The translations under genes were made by a program, and so were the position numbers. DNA of 63,194 nt, counting the filler, from Pelomyxa schiedti (lineage: Eukaryota; Protista; Evosea), in assembly GCA_020536535.1 (NCBI GenBank). It is 7 parts of 7 records of this genome, joined end to end, with 100 filler letters (N's around TTAATTAATTAA, not from the genome) between each part and the next. Parts side by side here need not be neighbours in the genome. Positions count along the whole stretch, not along the records: positions 38,209 to 49,547 come from JAHLWZ010001240.1; positions 49,648 to 55,276 come from JAHLWZ010001482.1; positions 55,377 to 58,053 come from JAHLWZ010000086.1; positions 58,154 to 61,979 come from JAHLWZ010001673.1; 3 more parts are not named here. The stretch is one strand, 5' to 3'. Under the pieces are notes generated by a model. It saw nothing but the letters and a program-made list of their open reading frames with translations. It had not been told where the DNA came from and ran no database searches. Positions within the stretch are counted from its first letter, which is position 1, and every line of letters starts with the position of its first letter. Positions 46,438 to 60,882 of the stretch are shown here, piece by piece.

Positions 46438-47823
46438 ATGAACACCCTCCAAGTGGTGACCCGCGTGTACCCATCGCTATCGACCTCGTCGCAGTTCCAC
46501 TCCCTCATGATGATGACACACCCACGGTGCGGCCGCGGCCGACCCGGCGCCCGTGCTCGCGGCCGCGGCCGCTGCGTGAGCGGCCCCCTCGCCATCGCGG
46601 GGCCGTGGCTGGCCGTCGCAATCAAGCTCGTGTGGCACTGGGTCTGCAACGACGCGCCGTTCCGGGTGATCAATGTGAGGGTGTCAAGGGGGATCTTGCA
46701 GGGGAAGTGGAGAATCGTGACGGAGTGGGAGGCCCTGTTCACGATCGGGGTGTCAGCAGCCACTCTGGGATTGATGGCAAGTATCACGAGGCATTGTGTG
46801 CGTGACACCAACAAGGGGTTCGTGCAGTTGGTCGGGGCAAATGACAGGTTCGTCATTGACAGCGCGGATGAGAGGCTCTCCGAAAGGTGGTTCAGTGGAG
46901 GGACCCTGTACATCCGTGATTTGAATGGCTGGATTGCTGATCAAGGTGCCCACGGTGGGAAGGTCGTGCTTTGCCAGAATGGACTTGGCCGAAGCATGAA
47001 TCACAAGTGGCTGGTGCTCACAGACCTCGAGGACGAAAGGGGTGAACCAGGAATCATTGTGTTAGCCAACTTGGCCGAGCAGCAGGTTGTGCCCAAGTAC
47101 ATCCGCAGCGTTGCGGACAAATACCCTCTGGGAGTATTCATTGATGAGTACCACTGCGATGAGGCTTTGATAGTCTTTTTTCTGGACGATAAAGTCGCGG
47201 AGCTGTGTGTTGTCAGCCTGCCGCAGCTGTGGTCTTCCTCTGACAGTGACCCATTCATTCCAATCAGCACCACACGCTGCGTGAAGCCACGGTCTCTCTC
47301 CTCCGATTGGACTAAGGGAGACAAGTGGATAGTGATGCACCCCGAATCAAACAGCCGATCATTCATTGCCAGGGCAGGTGGTTGTCGGTATGGCCGCTGG
47401 GCATATGGTTCTATGGCCATTCTTCGTTACCTTGAATCGTCATCAGGGCCTTACGCCACTCCACACAACGACGAAGAAGTGCTCAACACATCCCTCTACC
47501 CGTCACAAAGAAACCTGGAGCTGAGTCAGCTGAGTGAGAGGCTGTACTGCGTCTCTGGTCAAAACATCCACAATAACGGTGTGGGAGTGTTCGAAATCTG
47601 GGACTGCAACATGCCGTCACACCCTCTCAGGGTCGTGGAATGTGTCAAGGACACAACCTGTGACCAAATGCTGTACGCGCACGCTGGGTTCCTGTTCCAC
47701 TTCAACGAAAATCGGATTCTCGTCACTGATTACGAAACTGGTGCAAAAGTGGCGATGCTGACCTGCAGGACTGAGGGCAAGAAGTTCCCCCCAAACCACA
47801 CTGGTGTATCCTTCTTGTTGTGA
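46438..47823 (+). CDS. HPRCG-family protein (subfamily A), intronless, 461 aa, tandem paralogue of 44917-46317
   Basis: Same colinear motifs; the 5' GC-rich block and 3' block are nearly identical to the upstream copy. Confidence 0.88.
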   Translation: MNTLQVVTRVYPSLSTSSQFHSLMMMTHPRCGRGRPGARARGRGRCVSGPLAIAGPWLAVAIKLVWHWVCNDAPFRVINVRVSRGILQGKWRIVTEWEALFTIGVSAATLGLMASITRHCVRDTNKGFVQLVGANDRFVIDSADERLSERWFSGGTLYIRDLNGWIADQGAHGGKVVLCQNGLGRSMNHKWLVLTDLEDERGEPGIIVLANLAEQQVVPKYIRSVADKYPLGVFIDEYHCDEALIVFFLDDKVAELCVVSLPQLWSSSDSDPFIPISTTRCVKPRSLSSDWTKGDKWIVMHPESNSRSFIARAGGCRYGRWAYGSMAILRYLESSSGPYATPHNDEEVLNTSLYPSQRNLELSQLSERLYCVSGQNIHNNGVGVFEIWDCNMPSHPLRVVECVKDTTCDQMLYAHAGFLFHFNENRILVTDYETGAKVAMLTCRTEGKKFPPNHTGVSFLL

Positions 47824-47901
47824 GGGGGAATGGGCTTTTTAAATTTAAATTAATTACCAAATTTTTGATGGCATCAATGAAATCAATCAAGATTCAATTG
47901 A

Positions 47902-49547
47902 ATGGAAAAGGAGGCCGAGAAACGACGCCTCGTGGGGCTGTCGAGAGTATTATGGGAGCAAGTGCTGGTGCCCTGGGTGATCGGCCCCGCGGCGTCCGAC
48001 GAGGTGGACAGGCCCTCCCTTACCGGCGACGCGCTCGCGTGCCTCCTCCGCACCGCCGAGGCCGCGTTCCCCCTGGTCCCCGCGTGCTGCCGCGCCGCTT
48101 TGGCCGCCCACGCCCGCTGCCCCTGGGCCGGCCCCGTGCGCCGCCGCGCCCTGGCCGACGCCGCCTCGGCCCCGAGCGGCCGGTGCGTGGCGTGGATCAT
48201 CGCGGAGGGCAGGCGGAGGAGCCGCGGCCACGGCCACGGCGAGGAGGAGGAAGAGGAGGAGGACGAGGGGGACGAGGGGGACAGGGAGCGCAGGGGGGCC
48301 AGGGAGAGGGTGGCAGTGCTGAGCGGGCTGTGCTACGGGGGACACCTGGAGAGGGCCAGGGTGTTTGTCGAGAGTGACGGCGAGGCGTGGGTGGATGACG
48401 ATGGGACGGAACCACGATACTTGTGGGCTGCAAAAGGACGCGCGCGCGATGGGATGGCTGGGGGAAACACTATCGTATGAGTATTAATGAGATTAGTAGT
48501 GTCAATATAATTTTCATAACAATCCCACTATCGTAGGACAGTTATTTAACCTCGCACGTAAAAATTTCTAAGTAAAACAGGCGGCAATAGAATTTTCAAT
48601 AATAATCCCAAAGGTATCTGGGACCCCTGCATTGCAACCCAGCATATGGACTGATGGCTCTGTTGCACTGCAATGCGACGTCCGTAACACTGCATTGGGT
48701 GACGAATTCTGGAGCAAAGGGGGGATATTCCAGCTAATGCGGAAGACTTGTGCTTGTGGCCAACTGGAAGTCCTCAAGTGGATACTTTCCCGGTTCTTCC
48801 GCTTTGACAAACTGAATGACTGGGTGCTGAGGGCCCTTCTGCAGGAGGCGGCTGACACCGGGAATCTCACCATTCTCAAGTGGTTGGTGAGCTCCTTTGA
48901 TGTCATTGACATGGCCAATGCAATGAGTGTGTCCCTTTCATCATCTTTCCAGCCCCGGAACCCCGCCGACATCAAGGACCTTGTCGAGAGCTTCCCAAGC
49001 TGGGACTATTCCATATCAAGAGTTGACCTAGCGGGGGCAGTTGGATGGATCAAGTTCGCAAACCAAGATGAAGTCATTGATGTGTGCAAGTGGCTGATGA
49101 ATCGGTTCCCTCTTGAGAAAACTGATTTCACAACAAAAGAGTACCCAAAGGTTATCCGGTGGGCATACTCTGATTGTACAGATACAGAGCGCCTGAAAGA
49201 TGTTTGGAATGATACATGCTCTTCTATCGGCGATATTGACCTGGCGAAGTGGTTTATTGAGGAAAAGGGAATCATTCCTGAGCCAATGAACTTCATTTCT
49301 GCATCTCGCACAGAGCGTGACAACCTAGCGTTTTTGCAGTGGTTGTACACACGTGTAACGTTGAGCAGCTGATTTACTTGAGGCCCTCCACATAGCACTT
49401 GCATTCCAAAACGAGTTAATATCCAGGTGGCTGGAGCTATGCTACATTGCTGCAACAAACATGCAGCCTCAAGCCGGCTGTCAAATTTCTGTAACCTGCT
49501 TGCTTCCAGCCACGAGGACTGGGTACAGTGGCTGTGTACTCACTCAA
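47902..49547 (+). pseudogene. Degenerate ankyrin-like repeat family member; one intron (ca. 48475-48580), apparent frameshift at ca. 49370, truncated by contig end
   Basis: N-terminus LSRVLWEQV...LLRTAEAAFPLV...CRAAL...AASAPSGRCVAWII; repeats CACGQLEVLKWIL, AADTGNLTILKWLV, CSSIGDIDLAKWFIEEKGI; homology to the 54024 ORF continues in another frame after RVTLSS (ADLLEALHIALAFQNELISRWLE). Confidence 0.6.
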
Positions 49548-49647
49548 NNNNNNNNNNNNNNNNNNNNNNNNNNNNNNNNNNNNNNNNNNNNTTAATTAAT
49601 TAANNNNNNNNNNNNNNNNNNNNNNNNNNNNNNNNNNNNNNNNNNNN
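49548..49647. other. Artificial contig linker
   Basis: 44 N + TTAATTAATTAA + 44 N. Confidence 0.95.
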
Positions 49648-49668
49648 AAAATAACAGGGGAGGTTGCC

Positions 49669-53123
<3,455 letters not shown>

Positions 53124-53202
53124 ACACCTTTTGGCAGTCGAATGTAATAAAAACACAAAAAAAACAGGTTCACCCCGGTATTTACTGTTCTACTAAACAA
53201 AC

Positions 53203-55276
53203 ATGTTTTCTGCCAACAGCTCCCAACAACGAAGGGACGATGATGCCATCGACAGGGTTCTCGCGGTGTCACGACTCGTTTGGGACCACGTCGTGTCGCC
53301 AGGGTGGCTCGACGGGCCCAGGGACTCGCGAGGGAACATCAAGCGCGGCCCCGACGGGTGCCGGCAGTGGGACCTGTTCCGGGCAGCCGAGGCGATGTTC
53401 CCCATCGTGGGGCTCGTGTGCCGCAGGGCCCTCGCGTTCGACCCTCGTTTTGGTGCATACATCGGGAGCTACTTCGCCATCCAGACCGCGGCGAGCGTGC
53501 CGGCGCCGTCGTGCGCGGCGTGGATCCTCAGCAACAGGCACGTCCGCGGGAGGATCGACAACGACATCGGGGATCTGTTCTCGGCGCCATACAGTGGTGA
53601 GGCAGATATAGAAGCGACAAGTACTAGTAGTACCAGTAGTGGTGTGGGAGGAATAGATTCTGAGGGTTCTATAGGGGAGGGGGGGAGGAGGGTTCGTGGT
53701 TATGGCCGGGGGGAGGATTTTGTTGGTGTTGATGTGGTTGTGAAGGAAGTGAGCGCGACGGTGGCTGGGTTGTTGATGGGTGGCCACGTGGGCCTCGCCA
53801 CCACCCTGTTTGGTGGTGGTGGCGACCATTCCGAAGAGTATCGCGTCGTCGCCACCACCAGCAACACCATCTGCACGCTGCCCCGATTGTGGGATGGGCG
53901 CCGCGTTGCCAGCTGGGAAACAGCCTGCCACACTGATTGTGGGGCTGATGATGGGACAATGGGATGTAGGTCGGGGAGTGATCACTCGAGGCCGAGCGGG
54001 GGGTTGCTGGGCTGAGGGAAAAAGTGATTGAATACATGAGAGGGGGCTGCGGTAATTTGTCCTTCCTTCATGGTGTGTGTCGCTCTGGGGGTGTTGATGG
54101 TGCCAGGTGGCTCGTGGATGTGCTTGGTATCGGGATGAAAGAAGCGCCGTTGGTGATGTATGAGCCCATGCGGTTCTGCGTGTATGATGGGAAAATGGAA
54201 GTGGTGAAGTGGCTGTTTGAGAGGTTTGGGTTTGGGAGTAATTTGCACCAAACGGCACATTCCGAGCTTTGCTCTTGGTGTTCAATGGGATCCTGCCCTG
54301 GCAATTTGAAGTGGTTCAATGTCGCTTTACTAGACTCCACAAGTGAAGAATACGTGACGAGGAGCCTTGTGTCAAACAAGCACAGCACGGTTGAAGATTG
54401 CAAATGGCAGCCGTGGGTGGAACGTTACATTCGTGGAGGTGGTTACACTGATCTTCTGGAAGACGTGCACAATCCGGAAGTTGTCAAGTGGTTGGTAACC
54501 ACTCTTTCATCTCAGCCAGGTGAGGATGATCTCAACCGTATCTGCAAAAAAACGGGAGATGTGGAACTCACACAGTGGCTTGTCACAGAGCACAAGTTCA
54601 CACCAACAGCAGCAACCTTTGAATCAGCATGTTCAACACCAAGGAAAAAGGGATCCACACTTGCCAGGTGGCTGTCTCCGAGGGTGTCACTCTCTCAAAC
54701 CAACATCATCAAATCACTTGTGTCTGCACTCATCTGGGGAAACATGGAAGTCGCAGAGTGGTTGGACGAGACCTTCCACGTGATGGATGCTGTCAACTCC
54801 AATGCAGAGGTTGCTGAAAGCTGTTTGGTTGAGATCTGCACAGAGCTCGGTGATTACAAAGACAAGGTTGTGGGATTGGAGTGGTTCCTTCAGCATCTCT
54901 CAGCACCGGATCATTCAGGGATAAGCATGAGTTGCATTCACAAGGCCATTTCACAAGCCCTCCCTTATCGCACGAATGCAATTGCCCTGTTGCTGGAGAC
55001 ATTCCCTGCAGTTGAACCGCTCCTTGACCAAGCACAGTTGGAGAAGATTGTGTCTCAATTCATGAAGTATCACCTGAATGGTTTCCAGTGCCTGTGTTCC
55101 GGTTCTCGCTCCTCAGTTTTGACACCAGAGTTCATTGGGCAGTGCCTGACATCAGAGTCATTCAATCCACACTCCAGCAAGGTTGTCAAGTGGGTGATTC
55201 AGAAGTTCAACCTTCAATACTCTCAAATCAAGGCCAACAACAACCGGCTCTTGTTCAAACTCTTGTCAGGTCGGAA
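53203..55276 (+). CDS. Degenerate ankyrin-like repeat family member (paralogue of 47902); apparent frameshift at ca. 53980, truncated by contig end
   Basis: VLAVSRLVWDHVV...LFRAAEAMFPIVGLVCRRAL...AASVPAPSCAAWIL; repeats DGKMEVVKWLFERF, PEVVKWLV, CKKTGDVELTQWLVTEHKF, WGNMEVAEWLDETF; ORFs 53203-54015 and 54024-55276 are in different frames. Confidence 0.6.
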
Positions 55277-55376
55277 NNNNNNNNNNNNNNNNNNNNNNNN
55301 NNNNNNNNNNNNNNNNNNNNTTAATTAATTAANNNNNNNNNNNNNNNNNNNNNNNNNNNNNNNNNNNNNNNNNNNN
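55277..55376. other. Artificial contig linker
   Basis: N run + TTAATTAATTAA + N run. Confidence 0.95.
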
Positions 55377-55850
55377 TATGCCATGGCTCTCGCTCCTCAA
55401 GAGAGGGATACTGGACCCCTCACATCCCCTCGTGACTGAGTTCCTCGTCACGGTTGCCAACAGGCTCATTGAGTTCCCATTTGAAATCAAACGTTGTTAC
55501 GACTCCACACCAGTTTGTTTTTGACCACAACAAAACCACATCCGCGAAAAGGTGTCACTTTGATGGTGGCAAAGAACAAACATATTTCAGGCAACAAGCA
55601 AATTGCGTTTTGTGTTACAGTAGGTGGAATTACTATTGAATTTTTGAGAATGGTTTGCCAAAAAGAAGTGTGAGGTGTTGCGGTGTCAGTGAGAGTCTAC
55701 ACAGCCACCTCAGAGGGCACAGACAGTTTTCTCTAGCTGTAACAATGGTTACATTGGATAAAGAGAAAAAAAGGTTGCTCACGAGTGAGGTTTTCAGTGA
55801 AGAGCCTGCTGTTGCTGATTACATGACATTGACGAGAGCACTTCGCATTG

Positions 55851-56815
55851 CTGGAAGAAGAGGATTTGGCACACAGAAGCCACAGGGCCGGGTCCCTCCG
55901 CGTTGTGTCGCAAACGTGGTGGATGGCCCGGTCGTCGCTTTCCGCTCGCGCAAGAGGAGGTCGCGGATGACGCGGTCGCACAGNNNNNNNNNNNNNNNNN
56001 NNNNNNNNNNNNNNNNNNNNNNNNNNNNNNNNNNNNNNNNNNNNNNNNNNNNNNNNNNNNNNNNNNNNNNNNNNNNNNNNNNNGTCGTCGCTTTCCGCTC
56101 GTGCAAGAGGAGGTCGCGGATGACGCGGTCGCACAGGGTGGGGTCGTCCCGCAACTGGTTAGGTTGTGGCACAGGGCCCCATCGTCCAAGGCCGCGCCCT
56201 GCAAGGCCTCCCCGCTCGGGATGGCCATGAAGTTTTCTCACATCGCAATCTTGACAATGATTAGTGTCGATAAGATGGGAAAAAAGGGTTGCCTACAAGT
56301 TGAGGTATGAAAGCATTACCACTGAATATGATCCAAGACTATTGTTCGATTTCCCTGTGCGGAATGAGTCTAAGTGTCACCGGTGGAAAGCAAACCATAA
56401 ACATGAACTCATGATCATGCGGGACTTATATAGATAGAATAGCATTGTGTCCTCCTGGAACTATCAACAGGTTTTTAGTCATGAGTTGCTGAACACCGCC
56501 AGTTTTCTGTGTAAATATTACTATCAGCAGAGAATGAGAGTGGCTGTCTCACTTACAATTTGTGAAGGCTTCTCAATAACTACGCTTATGATCACATGAT
56601 GACATTGGAAGAAGAAGATTTGGCACACAGAAGCCACAGGGCCGGGTCCCTCCGCGTTGTGTCGCAAACGTGGTGGATGGCCCGGTCGTCGCTTTCCGCT
56701 CGCGCAAGAGGAGGTCGCGGATGACGCGGTCGCACAGGGTGGGGTCGTCCCGCAACTGGTTAGGTTGTGGCACAGGGCCCCATCGTCCAAGGCCGCGCCC
56801 TGCAAGGCCTCCCCG
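55851..56815. repeat. Local duplication of a ~210-bp GC-rich segment (55851-56215, spanning an N100 gap with duplicated flanks, and 56607-56815)
   Basis: ggaagaag...tttggcacacagaagccacagggccggg...gcaaggcctccccgc occurs twice; 55931-55983 is repeated at 56084-56136 (one SNP) across the gap 55984-56083. Confidence 0.85.
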
Positions 56816-57474
56816 CCCGGGATTGCCATGATGATGTTGAGTCGCCAGTATCAGTCGGAAGTCTCCCCGCGGCAGCCCGCACCGCACCACACGCACCACA
56901 CCACCCGCACCACCCCACGCTGCATCGTAAGACAAGCACCCCCGCAGAAAGAGCAATCAACACAGTCAACTTGTCGTAGGGACGTCGCGGCAGGAGGTCG
57001 AGATCGAGATCTTCGCTGTGTGTTTGTAAAAAAAAGAACAACCACAAGCGTGGTAACATCCACCGCAACAACATGAAAAATAAACGTCTTGGGTACTCTA
57101 CCTGTGTCGTCTCCATCTTGGCTTGGTGTTTTTTTTCTTTATGCTCGTTTGTGTTTGTGGTTGGAAAATAAAAAATAAGACCAACCAAAAATGCGCGCTA
57201 ATCTTGGGAAGTTCGAATTCGCCATTGTGGGTTCAAAATGTTTCCCAGAGAAACTTCTCAGTGACGTCTCCCGATCACTCCGAGTGTGGCTAGTGGTGTT
57301 GTTGCAATTAAATTGCACTGTGGGAGTTCTATCATTCCCTCAGGGACAACGACCACAAAGCCGCATACTAACACCGAGAATATGTTTCCGCCGTAGCAAC
57401 CGTTACCCATTGTCACGTAGCTCCGGGGCCGGCCACTACGGGTGCCACTCTGATCCAAAAACCAAGGAAAATGG

Positions 57475-57545
57475 CATATCTGGAGCCCAGGGGCGGTCAT
57501 TTTACATAGAGGAAAAACCACATGATGTAATTTAGGGCGGTCACC
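57475..57545. repeat. Second copy of the 48-bp element leader seen at 37834-37881, plus a partial motif copy
   Basis: CATATCTGGAGCCCAGGGGCGGTCATTTTACATAGAGGAAAAACCACA is identical; a further gggcggtca occurs at ca. 57535. Confidence 0.85.
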
Positions 57546-57882
57546 GATCATTTCCTGTGTATCCTGCAGTCAAAAACACCAACCAGAGGTCCCACAGAGT
57601 GTTGAACAGGTTAAAAAAGTGTTTCCCCCCATTTTCCAGCCGTCGGTGCCCATGGCAAGGCTCTCAGACCCATCGGTCATCAGTTCTCAGAAAAAAACTC
57701 CGAGAGAAATCGTAGTGCCGGTTAGCCACCGTTGTGCAGGACAACGTAAGGTGGACATGCTGTGCAGCCGACTGGTATCTCGGCTGTGGGGTGGAGTTGT
57801 GTTGGTGCGTCGGGGCTGTGGATGACGTATGGGTCTCCGTCCACGAGGTGGTGTGCCGGCGGCACTACGGGGTGCAGAGTGC

Positions 57883-57956
57883 TGGGCGTGGGGCGTGGGG
57901 CGTGGGGCGTGGGCCGTGGGCCGTTGGGCCGTTGGGCCGTGGGCCGTGGGCCGTGT
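57883..57956 (+). repeat. G-rich 7-8-bp tandem repeat (TGGGGCG)n/(TGGGCCG)n
   Basis: tgggcgtggggcgtggggcgtggggcgtgggccgtgggccgttgggccgttgggccgtgggccgtggg, followed abruptly by AT-rich sequence at the contig end. Confidence 0.85.
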
Positions 57957-58053
57957 GGTGCAGGGCGGCTTCTGCCAACGGTATATTTATTTGGTTATCT
58001 ATCTATTTTATTTAAATAAAATTAAATACATTTAATTAATTTTATACCGTATT

Positions 58054-58153
58054 NNNNNNNNNNNNNNNNNNNNNNNNNNNNNNNNNNNNNNNNNNNNTTA
58101 ATTAATTAANNNNNNNNNNNNNNNNNNNNNNNNNNNNNNNNNNNNNNNNNNNN
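58054..58153. other. Artificial contig linker
   Basis: 44 N + TTAATTAATTAA + 44 N. Confidence 0.95.
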
Positions 58154-58340
58154 GACAGTGAGGTGCCAACCTGGTTTGGTAGCAAGTCACAACTTTGTTG
58201 AAGGCGGACTGCTGTTCCAAATGGGTGGATCCAGAAGAGCAATGCGAGTGACTGAGGAGTCCTCTGGTGATCACGTCCTCACTTTGCAATTCGTCAGGCC
58301 TGTCTACACCCTGAACCAGAAGTTCTCCTTTCTTCTCTGA
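58154..58340 (+). CDS. HPRCG-family (subfamily B) 3' fragment
   Basis: FVEGGLLFQMGGSRRAMRVTEESSGDHVLTLQF...FSFLL* compared with FVEGGLLFQMSESRKEMHVTEESSGDHVITLAF...FCFLLS* in 59316-60713. Confidence 0.8.
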
Positions 58341-59315
58341 GAAAAAAAAACCAACTTGCAAGTGATGACATTGGCTTGTTCGCCGAAAGTTACCTGATGG
58401 TTCACTGTCGATAACTTCGAACTTGAGCACAGTAGAGTACGAAAGAACGAGCACCACTCTTTAGTGTGAGCACCAGAAAGTGAACATTCTGGACATGAAG
58501 AGAACAGCAGATGGTCTGACAGTTGCAAGTCAGACCCGAGTTGACACCCTTCCTAATTCCAGAAATTCCCTCAAGTCCACCACAGATCTTGTGTGTACTG
58601 CTGAGTCCCTGAAGGTTGAGCTTAAGGTTGTGTTATTTCTGTTGAAACACAAGATGTGTGGGTTAGGGGAGGGTGTTGTGGACTCCTAAACAAGGATTCG
58701 TGTGTCGTTCGTTATCTGCAGGATAACTGCGGGAGTGTGTACTTCAACAAAGTACACAAACTTCGCTTGCTCGCGAGGCTCTGAAGTCTGGCGCACTTTA
58801 GCGGGATTGGAGAGACTGAGGACTGAGCCGAATCTGGACTATGACCAGAATGAGACAGCGAAGGTAATGGTCAGTGCACAGCGCAGCTGGGCGCACAAAT
58901 ACAGCAACAAGAACGCGGCACACTCCCTTTTTATCCCTTTACAAACAACAACGAGAACACATAAGAGAACCCTTTATTCTCTTCACTCTGTGGGCTTGAG
59001 AATAAGTCCCACAGAGGAAGAAAACGAAAAGATTCTTTCGTTGATTGTTGTCAGAGTTTGTGGGGTTGGGTTCACAGGCTGTGATGTTCGAATCAATTCT
59101 CAATGTGCATGTCATCGGATATTCGTGGGAACCAACACCAGACAGAGAACAAACGGTTGCTGTGGTGCCAAGAATCACCAGATTACTTGTCATGCATGTA
59201 ACCACTCCATAGAGTGCAAGCTCGGTTACTTGCGAAAGTACACAAGTCACAACTGGTGGAATCACCCCTCCCTTCAAGAACAATTATTCATTCTCATTGT
59301 GGGGTTCAAAGTGGA

Positions 59316-60713
59316 TCAGGAGAGAAGGAAACAGAAATGAGAAACCACAGCAGTTACTTTGAAAAAAGCCAAAGTGATGACGTGATCACCAGAGGACTCC
59401 TCAGTCACGTGCATTTCTTTCCTGGATTCACTCATTTGGAACAACAGTCCCCCTTCAACGAATGCTTGCTTGGTTGTGCATCCAGGAAGGCATTTCATTG
59501 TCCTTGCAGGTCTTGTTGTGTCGGTGACATCCCACACATCATATGTGTCCTTGTGCGATCCAAAGAGACAAAACTGTGTGTGGCTCAGTGGTGATATGCT
59601 ACGTGGGAATATTCGTGGCATATCTTGCGCTGGGTTCATGTGGGCAGTTCCCTCCTCAATTGCAATGAACGCGGGATGGTTGCATGACGTTGCAACACAG
59701 CCAACAAACACATGAGCGCCGCACTGCTTGGTCAAAACAGAATAATCTGGAAACTCAAATACCGAAAACAGCTCAAGTTGGGGCTCAGTCACACTCAACA
59801 CCACCAATTCTTTCAATGAATTGGTTTGCGCAAGGTCAATCAACATCAACTTCAAAGAACGAACTTGGAAGTTATTGAGTCCAGAAACTGTGAATGAGAA
59901 CAGCATGCGGTCTTCACAACTTGTGTCCAAGTAAATTTGACAGTCACCATCGAAGGGAAGTGGAACAACAGTTGGCTTCTTGGCACTTGGTGAAAATCTT
60001 TCCCCAAATGTACACCTCGTTGGCAGTTCAAGCACAGCCATGTTCTTCTGGGGTTTATCGCGGCACACCAACCACTTCCCATTGACCTGACAACCAAACG
60101 CAGACCACTCTCCTCCAAGCAACAACGTCCTCTGGCCAGTTACCACGTCCTGAATGCACAAACAACCCCCAGGGGGCATGCTTTCTCCCACCAAGTAGTG
60201 CCTGTTCGCACCCACAAGTACCTCCGTTCTCCAGCAATCAACGATCAAGAAGTGCTGGTTGGCTCCAATGATCTCCTCATGCGTCCTTGGGATCCACCAC
60301 CTCAACTCGTGCGTCAGTGTCAGCAGCACCATCGACACCCCAAACGTCACCAACACTGGGTGATTGTCACTGACGAAGAACTTGAGGCAGTAGAACCTCG
60401 ATCGACACCACAGCCACTCCCACACCAGTCTCACAACCAGCATCCCATAATCCCCTCCGCCCCCTCCGCCACTCATCATCATCATCGCACCCCTTCGCAG
60501 GGCGCACGACGCGCCGGCCCCGCCGCCGCACCTTTGGTGGGCGCCCATCGCCAGGGCGCCAACTTGGTCCCTCATGGTCAGGGTGCCCAGGGCCCTCGTC
60601 GTCGTCTTCACGGTCGTCACCCACGTTGTCTCCAGCGCGGTGCGGGGCCCCGTCCTGGCCACGCTCGTGGTTGTTGTCGACGACGACGTGGTGGTCTTGG
60701 TGGGTGGGGTCAC
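59316..60713 (-). CDS. HPRCG-family protein (subfamily B), intronless, 465 aa
   Basis: DQVGALAMGAHQRCG...VVRLVWEWLWCR...VTFGVS...IGANQHFLIV...VNGKWLV...SPLSHTQFCL...DVWDVTDTTRPARTMKC...EGGLLFQM...FCFLLS*. Confidence 0.85.
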   Translation of the reverse strand: MTPPTKTTTSSSTTTTSVARTGPRTALETTWVTTVKTTTRALGTLTMRDQVGALAMGAHQRCGGGAGASCALRRGAMMMMSGGGGGGDYGMLVVRLVWEWLWCRSRFYCLKFFVSDNHPVLVTFGVSMVLLTLTHELRWWIPRTHEEIIGANQHFLIVDCWRTEVLVGANRHYLVGESMPPGGCLCIQDVVTGQRTLLLGGEWSAFGCQVNGKWLVCRDKPQKNMAVLELPTRCTFGERFSPSAKKPTVVPLPFDGDCQIYLDTSCEDRMLFSFTVSGLNNFQVRSLKLMLIDLAQTNSLKELVVLSVTEPQLELFSVFEFPDYSVLTKQCGAHVFVGCVATSCNHPAFIAIEEGTAHMNPAQDMPRIFPRSISPLSHTQFCLFGSHKDTYDVWDVTDTTRPARTMKCLPGCTTKQAFVEGGLLFQMSESRKEMHVTEESSGDHVITLAFFKVTAVVSHFCFLLS

Positions 60714-60882
60714 GACTACGACGCGTCCAAGGCGACGGTGCCGTGCCGTGCCGTTCCACCGGATTGTAGTGTTGCCGCGGTGTAGTAGTCATCCCGGTGG
60801 TCGTCGTGTGCTCGTTTCATCGGCAAATGCCTGGTGGAAAAAATAAAATAAAATCGAAGAGAGCGTTCGCCCACCAACATCC

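Noticed and set aside
58340-59315. ORF 58702-59340 and neighbours as a real gene
   Set aside because: No motif support; 58480-58689 may be a degraded HPRCG-family relic but the similarity is too weak to call.
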